Positions 23,740 to 26,435 of a stretch of DNA of 26,435 bases are shown here, piece after piece. Each line of letters opens with the position of its first letter. Within the stretch, counting starts at the first letter, position 1. Under the pieces are notes generated by a model. The model was given only the letters and a program-made list of their open reading frames with translations, was not told where the DNA came from and did not search any database. The translations under genes and the position numbers were made by a program. Source of the stretch: Desulfobacterales bacterium (GTDB lineage: Bacteria; Desulfobacterota; Desulfobacteria; Desulfobacterales; UBA5616); NCBI GenBank assembly GCA_046483495.1, contig JAWODC010000046.1, forward strand, positions 1 to 26,435. Reading direction: 5' to 3'.

Positions 23740-25236
23740 ATGAAACGTAAAGTGATTACCACGAACAGGTTGGCGGCAACCTTTCTTATATTCTCGGCAC
23801 TGCATCCCGGCATGCCGATCACCACCCATGCAACCCAGTTTATGAATGACCTGCCCTATTCAGATATAACCCCGATCATCATCCAAACGGATCTGCCCGC
23901 GGAAGACGACGGCCGCGGAGGCATTATCGTAAACGATCTCAACAACGACGGCTTAATGGATTTTATCGTATCCAAACCCGGCATTGTCGGCGCTTATGAC
24001 AATTCCGGCCGGAAGCTGTGGATCTGCGAGGAGAATATTCAGCTGACGTCAAAGTCCGAGGACAACGGTCTTCCCGGCTGGCACGCCCCCGGAACGCAGT
24101 CAGGGGATATAGACGGAGATGGGCGGGTCGAGATGCTTTTCCTCACAACGGACAACCGCCTTGTCGTCCTGGACGGGAAAAATGGAAATCCCAAAAATAT
24201 CATACAACCGGCCCTCGCCCCCGGAATCGAAAAATGGGAGCATTTCGTCATTGCCGATTTTCATGGAGCCGGCGGCAAAGACATTTTATTGCAGGCCACG
24301 AACCCGGACGGCTATCGTATGGGCAAGTATTTGAGAGCCTATGCCTTTTCCGATCTAATTAACTCAAATGACCCTGAGCCCTTATGGGAAAAAAGTGATT
24401 ATGTGGCGGCGGCTCACAACGGCGTCCGGGTTGCAGACATGGATGGCGATGGTAAAGACGAAATTCAAGGAGGGGTTCTTCTTGACCATAAAGGACGTGA
24501 AAAAACAACAGTTCCCCTGAAAGGACATATCGACGCACACATGGTGGCTGATGTCCTTCCTTCGGTTCCAGGACTTGAAATGGTCGTTTTAGAGGAATCG
24601 GTGATCGACCCTCCGCCATTCGATGGGTCCATCAGAGGGTTTTATACTCTGAACAGGCTTTATAAAAAGTATATATCCAAAGGAAATCGGATATTTTTAG
24701 TCGGAACGAATGGATTGATCTGGAAAGCTCATCATAATCTGTCTGAACCTCAGAATACTGCAGTTGGTGATTTTGACCCTGATCGGCCGGGCCTTGAAAT
24801 CTGGTGCAGAAGCAGATACGACACCCATCAAAAGCCCTTTGTGTTTGATTCCGAAGGAAACGTCATCACGAGTTATGCGATGGACGATGTCGCTCCCGAA
24901 GGCTGGACGGAAAAAGGGGTGGAAGTGCCCACAGAAATTCACTGGACAGGCAATCATAAGCAATTCGTTGCCGGGAAAGAGCGCCACCGGTCCGGTGATG
25001 TCGCCATTTTCGATGCGATGACCGGAAAGTTCCTTCACAGATTCAAAGAGAATGCCGATAGGCTCTACGTTGCAGACGTCTATGGGGATTGGCGAGAGGA
25101 AATACTCGTAATGAATAAAAATGAAATTCACATTTACAAAAATCCCGATCCAAACTTGAATCCGGATCGGGATTCACTTTGGATCCATTCACATTACCGG
25201 CGAAATAAAATGACTTATAATTATTACAGCAATTGA
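23740..25236 (+). CDS. Secreted Ca-binding beta-propeller (FG-GAP-type repeats), rhamnogalacturonan lyase PL11-like
   Basis: Signal peptide. DLNNDG, DIDGDG, DMDGDG and DFDPD repeats. HNGVRVADMDGDGKDEI, HIDAHMVADVLPSVPGLE, ADVYGDWREEIL and HYRR…YN resemble YesW/YesX motifs. Confidence 0.7.
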   Translation: MKRKVITTNRLAATFLIFSALHPGMPITTHATQFMNDLPYSDITPIIIQTDLPAEDDGRGGIIVNDLNNDGLMDFIVSKPGIVGAYDNSGRKLWICEENIQLTSKSEDNGLPGWHAPGTQSGDIDGDGRVEMLFLTTDNRLVVLDGKNGNPKNIIQPALAPGIEKWEHFVIADFHGAGGKDILLQATNPDGYRMGKYLRAYAFSDLINSNDPEPLWEKSDYVAAAHNGVRVADMDGDGKDEIQGGVLLDHKGREKTTVPLKGHIDAHMVADVLPSVPGLEMVVLEESVIDPPPFDGSIRGFYTLNRLYKKYISKGNRIFLVGTNGLIWKAHHNLSEPQNTAVGDFDPDRPGLEIWCRSRYDTHQKPFVFDSEGNVITSYAMDDVAPEGWTEKGVEVPTEIHWTGNHKQFVAGKERHRSGDVAIFDAMTGKFLHRFKENADRLYVADVYGDWREEILVMNKNEIHIYKNPDPNLNPDRDSLWIHSHYRRNKMTYNYYSN

Positions 25237-25272
25237 ATTTTTTACAAGGGCACATCTTTTTTCAAAACAAGC

Positions 25273-26034
25273 ATGGCCGCCTATAATTTTAAACAAACAG
25301 AATTTCTGGAAAAAAACCAACTTTCAGAGTTCCTGTATAGAAAAGATCAATCCTGGCTTATCCGCTATCAGACAAAAGCGGTCGGCTCTAAAAGCATACC
25401 CTTTCTTATCCGTTTTGAATTGGCTAATCTTCTGTTTGCGAATACTCAAGGCGTCATTGGTCTTTTCTTCCGTAGAGTGTTTTACCGAAAATTGCTCTTT
25501 AAATGCGGTGATAATCCTATTTTTGCAAACGGAATAAGCATTCGATCTCCTCGGCGAATTATGCTTGGCCACAGGGTCGCAATCGATGAGAACGTGCTGT
25601 TGGATTCAGGCGGACCGGGAAATTATCGACTGAAAATCGGAGATGACGTCATAATCTCTAGAGGATGCGTTTTGCAGGCTAAAATCGGTGACATAACAAT
25701 CGGAGACGAATGCAACTTCGGATGCTATAATGTGATAACCTCTGCAAGCGGCATTCAAATCGGAAAAAATGTTCTGACAGCGGCACACTGTTGCATCGGC
25801 GGAGCCCAATACCGCTTCGAGAATCTCGACATCCCGATTATGCATCAGGGAATTCTGGCTCAGCCTCCGCTTATCATCGAGGATAACGTATGGCTCGGTG
25901 CCGGCAGCATGGTATTAAACGGCGTCAGGATCGGCAAAGGATCGATTATTGGGGCCGGGGCTGTTGTTACCTCGGATCTTCCGGATTACGTTATCGCGAC
26001 CGGTATACCTGCTAAAATTTCACGTTTTAGATAG
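25273..26034 (+). CDS. Hexapeptide-repeat O-acyltransferase (left-handed beta-helix, MAT-like)
   Basis: IGDDVII, IGDECNFG, IGKNVL, IEDNVWLGAGSMVLNGVRIGKGSIIGAGAVVT, GIPAK. Confidence 0.92.
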   Translation: MAAYNFKQTEFLEKNQLSEFLYRKDQSWLIRYQTKAVGSKSIPFLIRFELANLLFANTQGVIGLFFRRVFYRKLLFKCGDNPIFANGISIRSPRRIMLGHRVAIDENVLLDSGGPGNYRLKIGDDVIISRGCVLQAKIGDITIGDECNFGCYNVITSASGIQIGKNVLTAAHCCIGGAQYRFENLDIPIMHQGILAQPPLIIEDNVWLGAGSMVLNGVRIGKGSIIGAGAVVTSDLPDYVIATGIPAKISRFR

Positions 26035-26106
26035 TTTTTCATCCGAATTGACCCAATCTAAATGCGTTCGATACAAAGTCATTAATAACACGTTCGAGAG
26101 GGATAA

Positions 26107-26435
26107 ATGATAATTTTGGGCATAACAGACAGCTTTACCAGTGGGGCTGCTATTGTCATCGACGGCAAAGTTGTGTCGGCAGTAAGCGAAGAGAGACTCA
26201 ACAGAAAGAAAATGTGTATGGGCTTCCCGGTGTTGAGTATCAATGAGGTTATGCAAATCGCCGGTATTAAGCCAAATGATATAGATTCGGTTGCTGTTGC
26301 CACCGAATATCTATTCTGGCGCGAAGAAGCCATTCCTTTTTACGATTACTTCAGGGAAAATAAAGGTGCTCTCAGGGATTTATACCTCTCACTTGGTGGC
26401 CGCATGTCCTTGGTAGCAGGCAATTCAAGGGCTGC
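26107..26435 (+). CDS. Carbamoyltransferase (NodU/CmcH/TobZ family), 5' part, runs off the right edge
   Basis: Manual translation from ATG 26107 (GAGAGGG upstream): MIILGITDSFTSGAAIVIDGKVVSAVSEERLNRKKMCMGFPVLSINEVMQIAGIKPNDIDSVAVA, containing the EERxxRxK…FP signature. Open to the window end and absent from the ORF track. Confidence 0.88.
   Translation, partial: MIILGITDSFTSGAAIVIDGKVVSAVSEERLNRKKMCMGFPVLSINEVMQIAGIKPNDIDSVAVATEYLFWREEAIPFYDYFRENKGALRDLYLSLGGRMSLVAGNSRA

Overview
Bacterial window, probably from a Desulfobacterota-type deltaproteobacterium (inferred from gene content and protein style). It has three parts. (1) 1-~4060 is an AT-richer, partly decayed accessory patch: the 5' end of a multi-PAS sensor gene running off the left edge (missed by the ORF track), a CotA-like multicopper oxidase pseudogene fragment, a secreted cupredoxin-like protein, a Cys-rich membrane protein/GNAT pair and a frameshifted hypothetical gene. 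(2) 4251-5072 encodes a KDSR-like SDR, followed by a ~1.2 kb intergenic region with two sigma-54 (GG-N10-GC) motifs and operator-like repeats. (3) 6254 to the right edge is a co-directional PEP-CTERM/exosortase-A-type exopolysaccharide locus. Its core is a PEP-CTERM-like protein (PISEP variant), priming sugar transferase, chain-length determinant, stand-alone tyrosine autokinase, short OPX, outer-membrane beta-barrel and polysaccharide deacetylase. A less familiar tailoring block follows: an ArnC-like GT2 with a motif-degenerate paralog, a divergent PHP-fold protein, GT4, AsnB amidotransferase, NAD-dependent epimerase, a GlpD-like flavoprotein lacking the usual substrate arginines, a PL11-like beta-propeller, an O-acyltransferase and a carbamoyltransferase (truncated by the window). 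Two palindromic intergenic elements sit inside the operon. No exosortase, Wzx/Wzy, rRNA, tRNA or CRISPR array was seen. All family calls come from motif recognition by eye, not database searches.
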